Assembly: GCA_029861825.1 (NCBI GenBank)
Contig: JAOTYN010000001.1
Span: forward strand, 1 to 27,290
Direction of reading: 5' to 3'
DNA from: Cyclobacteriaceae bacterium
Lineage (GTDB): Bacteria > Bacteroidota > Bacteroidia > Cytophagales > Cyclobacteriaceae
DNA: 27,290 nucleotides
Position 1 is the first letter of the stretch; each line of letters opens with the position of its first letter. The notes below the pieces were generated by a model, which did not search any database, was not told the origin of the DNA, and saw only the letters and a list, made by a program, of their open reading frames with translations. Below, one piece after another: positions 15,824 to 24,634 of this stretch. The position numbers and the translations under genes were made by a program.

Positions 15824-16119
15824 TCGGCCTGTTGCTGATATTCCTCAATGCCGCCTAACAGGTTCCTTACCTGAGTAAATCCCTGTTGCTGCAGATAACG
15901 CTGTGCCTGGCCACTGCGATTTCCTGTACGACAATACAGAATTAATTCCTGGTCTTTGTAATCGTCTAACTCCTCAAGTCTGTGTGGGAGTGAAGCCAAA
16001 GGAATGTTCGCACCACCTAGGTTATTTTCCTGGTGTTCCCATTCCTCACGAACATCTACCACATTCAATGTTTCCGAGGGGTTTCGCTTCTTGAGTTCTT
16101 GAGCAGTAATATCTTCCAT
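15820..16119 (-). CDS. Single-domain rhodanese (sulfurtransferase)
   Basis: VVDVREEWE, GANIPL, active-site loop YCRTGNRS, NLLGGI; start overlaps the upstream stop (TAATG). Confidence 0.92.
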   Translation of the reverse strand: MEDITAQELKKRNPSETLNVVDVREEWEHQENNLGGANIPLASLPHRLEELDDYKDQELILYCRTGNRSGQAQRYLQQQGFTQVRNLLGGIEEYQQQAD

Positions 16120-18008
16120 TATCTATCCAATAATATCAGTTTTTCTATTTGAATAAAGGTGGAGGTATGTAATTGCACTACATAAATACCTTTATTAACA
16201 GGGGAAAATTCGATAACTTTTCTCAGTTTATCAAATCTGGAAGGTATTTCCCGACCGGTAAGATCTACCACTCGCACTTCCTTTAAGTTTCTGACATCTC
16301 CCCGTATTTGCACTTTGGCTTCCATTAAAGGATTGGGATATAACACCAGTTTTTCTTGCGGAGCAGGCTCCGGTAAATTGGTGATCACATCATCGGTGCT
16401 TCCGAATATCGGTCGCAACATTAGATTTCCTGATATACTGGTATTGGCCTCCCATACTCCGGCGGTGTTGAAGTACATCTTGTCACCGCTGTCCCCATTC
16501 TTATCCAAACCTATTACAATAGGCTTTTCCCCCAGCTGTTGAATACCAATAAAAAGGCTGTCTTTGACCAGTAATGCTTTGGACAGGGGAAAATTAGTAA
16601 ACTCATCCAGAGTGTCGGAAAGCTCAATAAAAAGAGTCTGAGAATGGATCAATTGCTCCTCATCACCTAATCTTGTCCAAATTGACAATCGTACGCTTTC
16701 ATTGGCCTGGTCAGATTCTGTATTAGGAAAATATATATCCACTGCGGTAAGGGTGTCCTGGACTGGTAAAGCGTAGAGATAGGCCAATTTGCCGTTTATT
16801 CGGTTTACTCCAGCGCCAGTTTCCGCACTACCGTCATCATAGGCATAATGCCGCCCCAAGCTGATGTGCGCACGGGCGGTGTCGTTAACGGCAAGGTCAA
16901 CGTTATCAAAAAAGACACTATCCCCGCTGGTGTTAATATAATCGAAGAGCAGGGAATCTTTACTCCTGATAAAAAATTTGGTAATAATCTCCACGCCTTC
17001 TGCAGATTTGGCGGCTATCAAGGCACTGGTATCTATACCATTGGCTTGCAGGGTGATAAAATTTTGACCGTTGAACAACAAGCCGTCTTCACTGGTGTTA
17101 TTCATTTCATCGATAATGACGCCGTTGCTGGCATTAAGGATCTGAGCACCGAAACGAATGGAGGACGGGAACCCCACCGGAGGCTCTAGGCTAAAGCCTT
17201 CCACCGTAGTACTGTCGGTAAAGGATCCTGCACGTTCACAGTAATGTTCAAAAGGAATAGCCCTGAAATCTTTGAAGATACTGGTAGGTGGGGTACTCAA
17301 GGTCCGGTCCCTTACATAGTAGTCCTGATCGTTTCTACGGGTTCGCAACAGAATATAATCTATGTGCCAATTATCATATCCTCCAGTGAGCTTGCCAAAA
17401 GATTGAAAACGGAACTGAAAGCTGGCATGCTGAAAAGGTCCTGGGGGAACCTGGACAAGTTCTTGCTTGAAAGACGCGGTTTGGGAGGTATCACCTCCTA
17501 TAGCACTCCATTGGGTTATCCACTGGCCATTAGTGTCCTTGAACTGTAAGCGGATGCTATCCACCTTTTCTGGGATCTCCCCTAATCCACGCTTTTGCCA
17601 AAAGAAGCTGAAGTAGAGAGTATTGCGCAAGCCTATATCAATATTGCCCAGATTGATGGGCTGAGACACCAGACTGTCGGCAGGCCCTCGCTCGTCCGTA
17701 GTGCTATAGGGTACCCCGTTCACATCAGTGCCATCAAAGGTGGCAACCTGTAAGGAGGGGGGTCTCAGACCTCTTCCTGGGTTCACGTTTACGTTGATAC
17801 CGTAAAGCCATAAGGTACTGTCTGGGATCAGGCTGGAGCTTGAAAAATCATCCCAGAAGGGTAGTTCCAGAGTGTCTACGGCTTGGGTGGCGTGTTTCTG
17901 AAGGGCTTGAGGGTTTTTTATAGGGTACTCCATCATTTGTCCCCAAGAAAAATGGGTGACAAGGACTGTAGTCAAAGTCCATAAGCATTTTCTTATACCC
18001 TGCCACAT
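16119..18008 (-). CDS. T9SS type-A CTD secreted protein of unknown function
   Basis: The likely start is the ATG at 18008 (MWQGIRKCLW...FSWG|Q), just downstream of the PASTA stop at 18019; the ORF-track start 18065 overlaps PASTA. LPFWDDFS and YAYDDGSAE motifs; CTD LYPNP...VVDLTGR...KGIYVVQL...EKLIL. Confidence 0.85.
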   Translation of the reverse strand: MWQGIRKCLWTLTTVLVTHFSWGQMMEYPIKNPQALQKHATQAVDTLELPFWDDFSSSSLIPDSTLWLYGINVNVNPGRGLRPPSLQVATFDGTDVNGVPYSTTDERGPADSLVSQPINLGNIDIGLRNTLYFSFFWQKRGLGEIPEKVDSIRLQFKDTNGQWITQWSAIGGDTSQTASFKQELVQVPPGPFQHASFQFRFQSFGKLTGGYDNWHIDYILLRTRRNDQDYYVRDRTLSTPPTSIFKDFRAIPFEHYCERAGSFTDSTTVEGFSLEPPVGFPSSIRFGAQILNASNGVIIDEMNNTSEDGLLFNGQNFITLQANGIDTSALIAAKSAEGVEIITKFFIRSKDSLLFDYINTSGDSVFFDNVDLAVNDTARAHISLGRHYAYDDGSAETGAGVNRINGKLAYLYALPVQDTLTAVDIYFPNTESDQANESVRLSIWTRLGDEEQLIHSQTLFIELSDTLDEFTNFPLSKALLVKDSLFIGIQQLGEKPIVIGLDKNGDSGDKMYFNTAGVWEANTSISGNLMLRPIFGSTDDVITNLPEPAPQEKLVLYPNPLMEAKVQIRGDVRNLKEVRVVDLTGREIPSRFDKLRKVIEFSPVNKGIYVVQLHTSTFIQIEKLILLDR

Positions 18009-18018
18009 CTTAGTTCGT

Positions 18019-18798
18019 CTAATTGCCGGTGGATGAGCGGTAGTCCACGGTCTGAGTTTCTTCATCGAAGCCTACTACCCATAGATCGACGTCCTCACCC
18101 ACTCTTATGGACCTTCCGGCCTGAGGAATTTGCTTTACTACTATTCCTACTGGTACTGTATCTATAGCCACTGACAATATGCTGCCAAGACTAAGTCCGG
18201 AGCTTTGCACCGCAAATTTGGCATCTTCGAAGTCCATACCCAACAAGGCGGGAACTTCCAGAGTTTGGTTGCCTAAACCGTCTCCCACCACCAAGTCTAC
18301 GGCCGAACCCTGGTAGATAGAGTCGCCCGGTTCAATGCTTTTGCCGTCAAATTTTTGATCCAAAACGGCATTTTGGGCCAGGTCCGGTATATACTCGATG
18401 GCTCCTACCTCCAAACCATAACTTTCTAAAACCATATGGGCACTTTTGACCGACCCATCTACCAGATCGGGCATTAACACTTTGCGGGGATTTGTCTTGT
18501 TCAGGTTAAGAAAAATTTTGCGGTTGGCCTTTACTTTTGAACCCGCTTCCGGGTATTGTTTTAAGACCGTCAGCGGAGGAGATTCACTATTGTATCCGGA
18601 ATCGGTTTCCACTTCGTATCGCAAATCCCGATCGGCCAAGTATTGATCCAGCTCCTCATGTGACAATCCTTTGAGATCCGGAACGGTTATTGTCTCCCCA
18701 TGATTGGTATAGGAGGGTAGGAAATTGTAAAAAAATACCAAAATCAAAGCCAATGCTATCACCAGCATGATGGCTAGGTGTATTCCTATCTTCTTCAT
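18019..18798 (-). CDS. PASTA-domain membrane protein (three PASTA repeats, no kinase or PBP domain)
   Basis: N-terminal TM helix, then VPDLKG, MPDLVD and VPALLG repeats with VLKQYPEAG, VLDQ and VVKQIPQAG. Start 18798 is preferred because a promoter lies inside the longer ORF. Confidence 0.9.
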   Translation of the reverse strand: MKKIGIHLAIMLVIALALILVFFYNFLPSYTNHGETITVPDLKGLSHEELDQYLADRDLRYEVETDSGYNSESPPLTVLKQYPEAGSKVKANRKIFLNLNKTNPRKVLMPDLVDGSVKSAHMVLESYGLEVGAIEYIPDLAQNAVLDQKFDGKSIEPGDSIYQGSAVDLVVGDGLGNQTLEVPALLGMDFEDAKFAVQSSGLSLGSILSVAIDTVPVGIVVKQIPQAGRSIRVGEDVDLWVVGFDEETQTVDYRSSTGN

Positions 18799-18816
18799 TA
18801 AAAACCCGTGTTTGAG

Positions 18817-18847
18817 CAAAATTACAGGATTTGTGCGATTCGACAAA
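18817..18847 (-). promoter_or_regulatory. Complete Bacteroidota primary-sigma promoter for PASTA-T9SS-rhodanese
   Basis: Minus strand: TTTG (18847-18844), 19-nt spacer, TAATTTTG (18824-18817) = TTTG-N19-TAnnTTTG. Confidence 0.8.
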
Positions 18848-18916
18848 TTTTTCAGCGATTCCCGGCTATTAGCCCAACGGGTTTTAGCAGTAAATTATTG
18901 TAAATGAAGGGCTTTA

Positions 18917-19999
18917 CTATAGATTTTCCTGGTAGTCGCGGTTCAGGGTTTCCCGCTGCTGAAAGCGCTCTATGGCCAGATCGAGGATTTTGGTGATAAG
19001 ATCTTGGTAGGATATGCCATGTTGGCTCCAAAGAGAGGGGAACATACTGCTGTTGGTAAAACCTGGAATAGTATTGATCTCGTTAATAAAAATGTCATTT
19101 TGTGGGGTTAGAAACAGGTCGACCCGGGCAAAATCTTCGCAATTAAGGGCTCGGTAGGACGCTAGGGACAATTCTTTAATGCGATTGGCGACCTGTTCCG
19201 GGATCTCAGCAGGGATTTTTATTTCTACGGCGTCGGGATCTTCATACTTGGCATCATAGGTGTAAAATTCATACCGGGGACTTATGATGATCTCTCCGGG
19301 ATACGAAGCTTGAGCATTTGTATTTCCCAGTACCGCGCATTCCAGTTCTCGCCCGGAGATATACTGCTCCAAAAGCACTCCCTGATCATAGCGGAGGGTT
19401 TGGTCCAGGGCCTGTTGGTATTCCTGTTCCGACTTGACTTTAGAAACACCCACTGAGGATCCCAAAGAAATTGGCTTTACCATAAAGGGTGTGCCTAAAG
19501 CTGTTACCACTTCCTGATACACATAAGGTTTCTCACTTGAAGCATCAATGGTCAAGTATTTACTGGTGGGGACGCCTGCCTGCAAGAGTAAACGCTTGCT
19601 TAGGAGCTTGTCCATGGCTACCGCCGAGCCTAGCACCCCTGAGCCAGCGAAAGGCAGATTTACCGTCTGTAGCAAACCTTGAATGCTGCCATCTTCTCCG
19701 TCGGTACCGTGTAAAACGGGAAAGATCGCATCCAGTTTTCCGGTTCCAATACTGCCGTCATTGGTTACAAAAGTATCGGAGGTGTGGCCTAAATTTAAGT
19801 TTAAGGCAGCTCCGGTTGAGATGTCTTTATCGATGTCGGTTACCAGATGCCAACTGCCGGTTTTGGTGATACCGATCAATACTGGAGTAAAAAGGGATTT
19901 ATCTATGTTTTGAAAGACATTGTGGGCCGATCGAATGGAGATTTCATGTTCTACAGATTTGCCTCCATACAGTAAGCCGATCCTGCGTGTGGTATTCAT
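18917..19999 (-). CDS. ddl: D-alanine--D-alanine ligase (DdlA type)
   Basis: GGKSVEHEIS, FPVLHGTDGEDGSIQG, MDK, VKPISLGSSVGV, GRELEC, FYTYDAKY, ARVDLF, NEINTIPGFT. Confidence 0.97.
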   Translation of the reverse strand: MNTTRRIGLLYGGKSVEHEISIRSAHNVFQNIDKSLFTPVLIGITKTGSWHLVTDIDKDISTGAALNLNLGHTSDTFVTNDGSIGTGKLDAIFPVLHGTDGEDGSIQGLLQTVNLPFAGSGVLGSAVAMDKLLSKRLLLQAGVPTSKYLTIDASSEKPYVYQEVVTALGTPFMVKPISLGSSVGVSKVKSEQEYQQALDQTLRYDQGVLLEQYISGRELECAVLGNTNAQASYPGEIIISPRYEFYTYDAKYEDPDAVEIKIPAEIPEQVANRIKELSLASYRALNCEDFARVDLFLTPQNDIFINEINTIPGFTNSSMFPSLWSQHGISYQDLITKILDLAIERFQQRETLNRDYQENL

Positions 20000-20053
20000 G
20001 TAACAGGGTGCTAAAATTCATCCTAAAGAAAATAAAAATACTTGAATAATATT

Positions 20054-23050
20054 CTATCGGGTCATGATAATACGGTGGGTTTCTTTAAACGACGTGCCAA
20101 TGGCCTGCAAGATATATACACCACTGGAGTTGGGCAGCTCTACTTTCAGGGTTTGGTTCAGAACTTCCCCTAAATCGAATCGGCTCACCACTCTTCCCAA
20201 TGGGTCGATGATCCGTATTTCCAACGGTTGCCTTTGGGACAGTCTGAAAGCCACACTGAATTCGCTTTTGGCGGGATTTGGAAAGAGGATCATTTGCTCC
20301 GGAGTAAGTTTTAAACTGGTGGTTAAGTCATTAATAAAGAATTCAATATTGTCTACGAACAGGTTGTTGCCAAAGTCGTTGACCCCTAAAAAGGCCACTC
20401 TGATATCGGTTAGACCTGCGAATGTCGAGAGATTGACTTCTATCTTTTCCCAGTCGCTGGTACCGTCCGGGAAAAACTCACCATTTGATTCTGCTGTAGT
20501 CAGTTGCGCACCAAACGCGCTATATACGGTATCGCTGTATTGTTCACCACAATCCGTTGAAACCAGTATTATTAACCCGTCATTTACATTGTCCCCACCT
20601 CCGTAAGCAAGATCGAAGGTTAAAGTAGGGTCAGAGGCTCCTGAAAAGTCCAATACCGGGCTCACCAGGTAGTCCAATTCTCCAATTTGCGAATAATTGA
20701 AAAAGTTTAACATGGCACCTTGATTACCCGATCCGATCAATCCCGGGGCATCATCAACTTCCCATGACACGCTTTGATCAGTGCCTATTTGCAACCAATC
20801 GGTAGCACTCAACGGGCCTTCGAAAGTTTCGATTTTTGGAAGCACATCCCGTTGGTCATCGAGAATGAATGGTTGACTAAGCACATCATTGCTGGCTTCG
20901 CCATCACCGGAGCTGCCATTCACCATGCTTATGGTAGCAGTAAAGGTATCTTCCCCTAAAGGCATTGATGTCTGTGGAAAATACACTTCAAGGGTTTGGT
21001 CGCGGGTCAGATTCACCCCATCAACATTCAGCGTACCGCTGGCGCCGTTGGTAGTTGCATAGAAAACCTGAAAACTATTGATCTCATTTAACCCGGTATT
21101 CTTCAGGGTGATACCCGGTTCAACCTCTGTACCGCAACTGATCAAATCCGGATTATTAATGGCTGCCACCGCCAGATCAAGGTCAGGACGTAGGGTACCG
21201 ATGATTTCCACGTCATCCAGATAAAGATTGTTGCCGAAATCATTTATACCGATAAAAGCGATTTTTATTTGTCCCATACCAGCGAAATTGTTCAGATCAA
21301 TGCTTTCGGACCGCCAATCATTGGGCGAATCCGGGACAAAATCATCATTGTCAAATCCTACGGTGGACAGGTCCGAGCCTTCCTGTTGAAAAATGTAATT
21401 GGCTGTACTGTATGTATTGCCGCAGTCCGTGGAAACCGCAACGATGAGGCCGTCACGGCTACTGGACGAAAACTGGGCATATGAGAGCTTAAAATCCAGT
21501 GTTACATCGGAAAAACTACTAAAGTCCAGGGCAGGAGTGATCAGATAATCAAATTCCCCGTCCCCGTTGTCGTAATCAAAGAAGTGTACCCGCATAGCCT
21601 TGTTATTGGGCGCTTCCAACACCGCGTCGACAACTTCCCAAGTAAAGCTGTTGTCATCGTTTCGCAATTCCCAACTTGCCGGGAATACCTCGAATGTTTC
21701 TATAATGGGCAGATTACTGAAGGATTTAGCAGACAGCGTTAGGCTTCTTTGATCATTCTGTGGGTTGTTGTCCGCTCCACCGTTGGTTTGAATCACTCGA
21801 AACTCCACCAAGGACATATCATTAACCGGCTGATTGCTGAATACTAAACTGCCGGTGTCCAATGGCTCCAAGGTTTGATTTAAAGTAAGTGTTTCCACAA
21901 TAATGTTGTCTATGAGCAAGGCTACTTGTACCGATGTAACATTGTTGGTCCCATAATTACGAATGATAGTTTGAGGTATCGCTTCGGTTTGGCAGTTATT
22001 AGCCTGGGGCATGCCGATTTCTTTTATTCCCGCATCGTTAGTCACCATAACCGGCGGAGAAAGTGCGGGACTACTTCGCAAACTAAGTCTGCGAGGGCTG
22101 TTATCCAGTACCGCACGCATACGGCTCTTCTGACAGATAGTAAACAGGTTCATGCACTGGTCGTCGGTTAGATCCATATAATTCTCCACCATGTCGTCGC
22201 TGCCGCAGGAGTTGCTATCAGGGCATCCGAAATTACTGCTGTTGGCCAAAGGTGTATCATCACAAAAATCGTCCACGCCACATCCACCGTCTCCCCAGAT
22301 ATGTCTCAAGCCCAGGTAATGACCCACTTCGTGGGTGGCGGTACGGCCCAGACTTTCGGGATTGCTATTGGGATTAATACCCACAAAATCGCTATCAATC
22401 ACCACCCCGTCGGTTAGGCGGTTTTCGCTGGCGATCTCCAGGCCTTCCAAGCTGGAAACGGGGAACTGTGCATACCCCAGTAAACTTTCCAATTGTGCTA
22501 CCCATATGTTCAAGTAGTCTTCAGCGGGCCAGTAACTTTGGGATTTAAGTTCAGTGTTGTGCACCAAGCCATACTCACTTCGCGTGCCTTGAACTCTTAC
22601 AATACCAGGGGTGGGGAGGCCTTCGGGGTCGCGCATGGCCAGAACAAACTCAATCTCCACATCTGCGGCTACCGGCAGAAATTCGCCAGGTGTGTTAATG
22701 GTGTCGGCATTTAAGCGCCTAAAATCCTCATTAAGAATCTGTATCTGCTGCAGAATACGAGCATCATCCAGGTTGGAGCCGGCACTTATAGGTTCTCCAT
22801 TATGAATGACGTGTACTACTACTGGAATGGTGATCACCTCTTTAAGTAGATGTTCCTGGCTTAGTTTTGTTGGAGGTCGGTAGAGACGTTCTTTTATCCA
22901 CTCTTCAAACTGCTGAGTGTGCTCCAGTTGGGGGTACTTTTCTTTCAAAATTTCCTGATACAGTACGGTACCGCAGTTCTTTTGGCCAAACGCCTTACCT
23001 GGTACTAGCCATAGACCGCAAAGAAATATGAGGAGCACTCGTAAGGGCAT
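20054..23050 (-). CDS. Secreted M43 (ulilysin/pappalysin-like) zinc metalloprotease with 2x(Ig/CARDB-like + beta-sandwich adhesin-like) modules and T9SS CTD
   Basis: Signal AFG|Q; prodomain CGT; IPVVVHVIH; HEVGHYLGLRH (22301-22333); Met-turn NYMD; CTD LFPNPAK...SGVYILQ...RIIM. Confidence 0.92.
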   Translation of the reverse strand: MPLRVLLIFLCGLWLVPGKAFGQKNCGTVLYQEILKEKYPQLEHTQQFEEWIKERLYRPPTKLSQEHLLKEVITIPVVVHVIHNGEPISAGSNLDDARILQQIQILNEDFRRLNADTINTPGEFLPVAADVEIEFVLAMRDPEGLPTPGIVRVQGTRSEYGLVHNTELKSQSYWPAEDYLNIWVAQLESLLGYAQFPVSSLEGLEIASENRLTDGVVIDSDFVGINPNSNPESLGRTATHEVGHYLGLRHIWGDGGCGVDDFCDDTPLANSSNFGCPDSNSCGSDDMVENYMDLTDDQCMNLFTICQKSRMRAVLDNSPRRLSLRSSPALSPPVMVTNDAGIKEIGMPQANNCQTEAIPQTIIRNYGTNNVTSVQVALLIDNIIVETLTLNQTLEPLDTGSLVFSNQPVNDMSLVEFRVIQTNGGADNNPQNDQRSLTLSAKSFSNLPIIETFEVFPASWELRNDDNSFTWEVVDAVLEAPNNKAMRVHFFDYDNGDGEFDYLITPALDFSSFSDVTLDFKLSYAQFSSSSRDGLIVAVSTDCGNTYSTANYIFQQEGSDLSTVGFDNDDFVPDSPNDWRSESIDLNNFAGMGQIKIAFIGINDFGNNLYLDDVEIIGTLRPDLDLAVAAINNPDLISCGTEVEPGITLKNTGLNEINSFQVFYATTNGASGTLNVDGVNLTRDQTLEVYFPQTSMPLGEDTFTATISMVNGSSGDGEASNDVLSQPFILDDQRDVLPKIETFEGPLSATDWLQIGTDQSVSWEVDDAPGLIGSGNQGAMLNFFNYSQIGELDYLVSPVLDFSGASDPTLTFDLAYGGGDNVNDGLIILVSTDCGEQYSDTVYSAFGAQLTTAESNGEFFPDGTSDWEKIEVNLSTFAGLTDIRVAFLGVNDFGNNLFVDNIEFFINDLTTSLKLTPEQMILFPNPAKSEFSVAFRLSQRQPLEIRIIDPLGRVVSRFDLGEVLNQTLKVELPNSSGVYILQAIGTSFKETHRIIMTR
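20339..21718 (-). repeat. Intragenic protein-level duplication in the M43 gene (copies at about 21203-21718 and 20339-20848)
   Basis: LP.IETFE...WEV.DA...DYL..P.LDFS...L.F.L.Y...DGLI..VSTDCG..YS...F.PD...DW....L..FAG...I..AF.G.NDFGNNL..D..E occurs twice. Confidence 0.9.
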
Positions 23051-23126
23051 ACCGCGAATATTAACAGCTAATTAGGATAAGATATGAGTAACAACTAGAC
23101 GATAAAAATGAAAAAAACGCCAAGAC

Positions 23127-23405
23127 TTATTTTAGATTCTCCGGTAATTCTGCCCTGGGGGCATCGGAAGTGGTGATGTTGATGGCTTCCACCTTGCGAA
23201 TTTCAGGAACTGATCGCTTTATTGCTTCTTCGATACCCGCCTTGAAAGTCATAGAGGACATTGGGCAGGCGCCACAGGCTCCTAGTAGTTCAATCCGTGC
23301 AATTTTGTCTTTAGTAACTTCCAGGAGCTTTACATCGCCTCCATCCGTTTTAAGATAGGGTCTAATGCTTTCCAGGGCTAGTTCTATTCTTTTCTTAAGC
23401 TCCAT
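23127..23405 (-). CDS. NifU/NfuA C-terminal-domain Fe-S carrier protein
   Basis: IRPYLKTDGGDV and LLGACGACPMSSMTFKAGIE (CxxC). Confidence 0.95.
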   Translation of the reverse strand: MELKKRIELALESIRPYLKTDGGDVKLLEVTKDKIARIELLGACGACPMSSMTFKAGIEEAIKRSVPEIRKVEAINITTSDAPRAELPENLK

Positions 23406-23413
23406 AAGTATCT

Positions 23414-24508
23414 CTATAACTTAATTTCCACTTTTTTAGTTTGTGGATTTTGAGCATTTCTAATGGCGATCTCCTGTGCTACATTTTGAGCTAAGTTCTT
23501 AAAGATTCCTCCCAATGGTCCTTCATTCAAAGCACTGGGATATCCCACATCACCGCTTTCACGGATAGGTTCTTCTAAGGGGATTTGAGCCAGCAATGGA
23601 ATTTGATGTTGCCGGGCAAACTTCTCGCCACCACCTTTTCCGAACAAAAAGTACTTATTTTCAGGCAATTCAGGGGGTGTAAAATACGCCATATTTTCAA
23701 TAATACCCAGCACCGGAACGTTAATATTGGGCTGTCTGAACATGGCAATACCCTTCTGTGCATCGTTTAATGCCACCTTTTGCGGAGTGGTTACGATTAA
23801 GGCACCGGTGACCGGAACGGTCTGCACCAGGGTCAAATGAATATCGCTGGTTCCCGGTGGCAGATCCACCAGCAAATAATCCAGTTCTCCCCATTCTGTG
23901 TCCCCGATAAACTGCTTTAATGCGCTGCTAGCCATAGGTCCCCGCCAGATAACCGCATTGTCGGAAGGAGTCAAAAATCCAATGGACAGCAACTTTACCC
24001 CATATTGTTCCAGGGGAACGATTAAGTTTTTATCGCCCTTCTTAATTATTCCGGGTTGTTCCTGGGCACAGTTGAACATGGTAGGTATGGATGGGCCAAA
24101 GATATCAGCATCGATAAGCCCTACCTTGGCACCGCTACGGGCCAGGGCCACCGCCAAATTGGTGGAAATAGTAGATTTTCCCACTCCTCCTTTTCCTGAT
24201 GCCACGGCGATGATGTTCTTAACCTGGGGGAGCAATGGGGCGTTATCCCGGATGGTGGTGACCTGAGAAGTCATGTTGATCTCTACCGGTACCTGGTCCG
24301 ACACCAGCTTGCTGATGGCCTCTTGGCATGACGTTCTGATCATTTCTTTTAAGGGACATGCCGGAGTGGTGAGCACCACGGTGAACTTAATGCATTCAGA
24401 GGATGCTTCAATATCGCGCACCATGTTAAGCGTAACCAGATCCTGCTTAAGATCCGGATCCTCTACTGTACTCAGCGCTTTGATTACGGCTTCCTTGGTT
24501 ATACGCAT
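23414..24508 (-). CDS. mrp: Mrp/ApbC/NBP35-family P-loop ATPase with N-terminal DUF59 domain
   Basis: DPDLKQDLV..TTPACP (DUF59), ASGKGGVGKST, DADIFGPS, WRGPM, DLPPGTSD, ENMAYF. Confidence 0.95.
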   Translation of the reverse strand: MRITKEAVIKALSTVEDPDLKQDLVTLNMVRDIEASSECIKFTVVLTTPACPLKEMIRTSCQEAISKLVSDQVPVEINMTSQVTTIRDNAPLLPQVKNIIAVASGKGGVGKSTISTNLAVALARSGAKVGLIDADIFGPSIPTMFNCAQEQPGIIKKGDKNLIVPLEQYGVKLLSIGFLTPSDNAVIWRGPMASSALKQFIGDTEWGELDYLLVDLPPGTSDIHLTLVQTVPVTGALIVTTPQKVALNDAQKGIAMFRQPNINVPVLGIIENMAYFTPPELPENKYFLFGKGGGEKFARQHQIPLLAQIPLEEPIRESGDVGYPSALNEGPLGGIFKNLAQNVAQEIAIRNAQNPQTKKVEIKL

Positions 24509-24634
24509 AATGCTTGTTCACTCAATATGCAATTTACCCTTAATCCGTCATAATTTTACTAAATTGTTAAAATAGATCAGCAGCTAATTTGACATTAAAA
24601 GCTTAACTTTACCATCCGGTATATTTCAGTTCCC

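Noticed and set aside
18917-19999. VanA/VanB-type D-Ala-D-Lac ligase
   Set aside because: The omega loop keeps FYTYDAKY (Tyr, D-Ala-D-Ala type) and there are no vanH/X/R/S neighbours.
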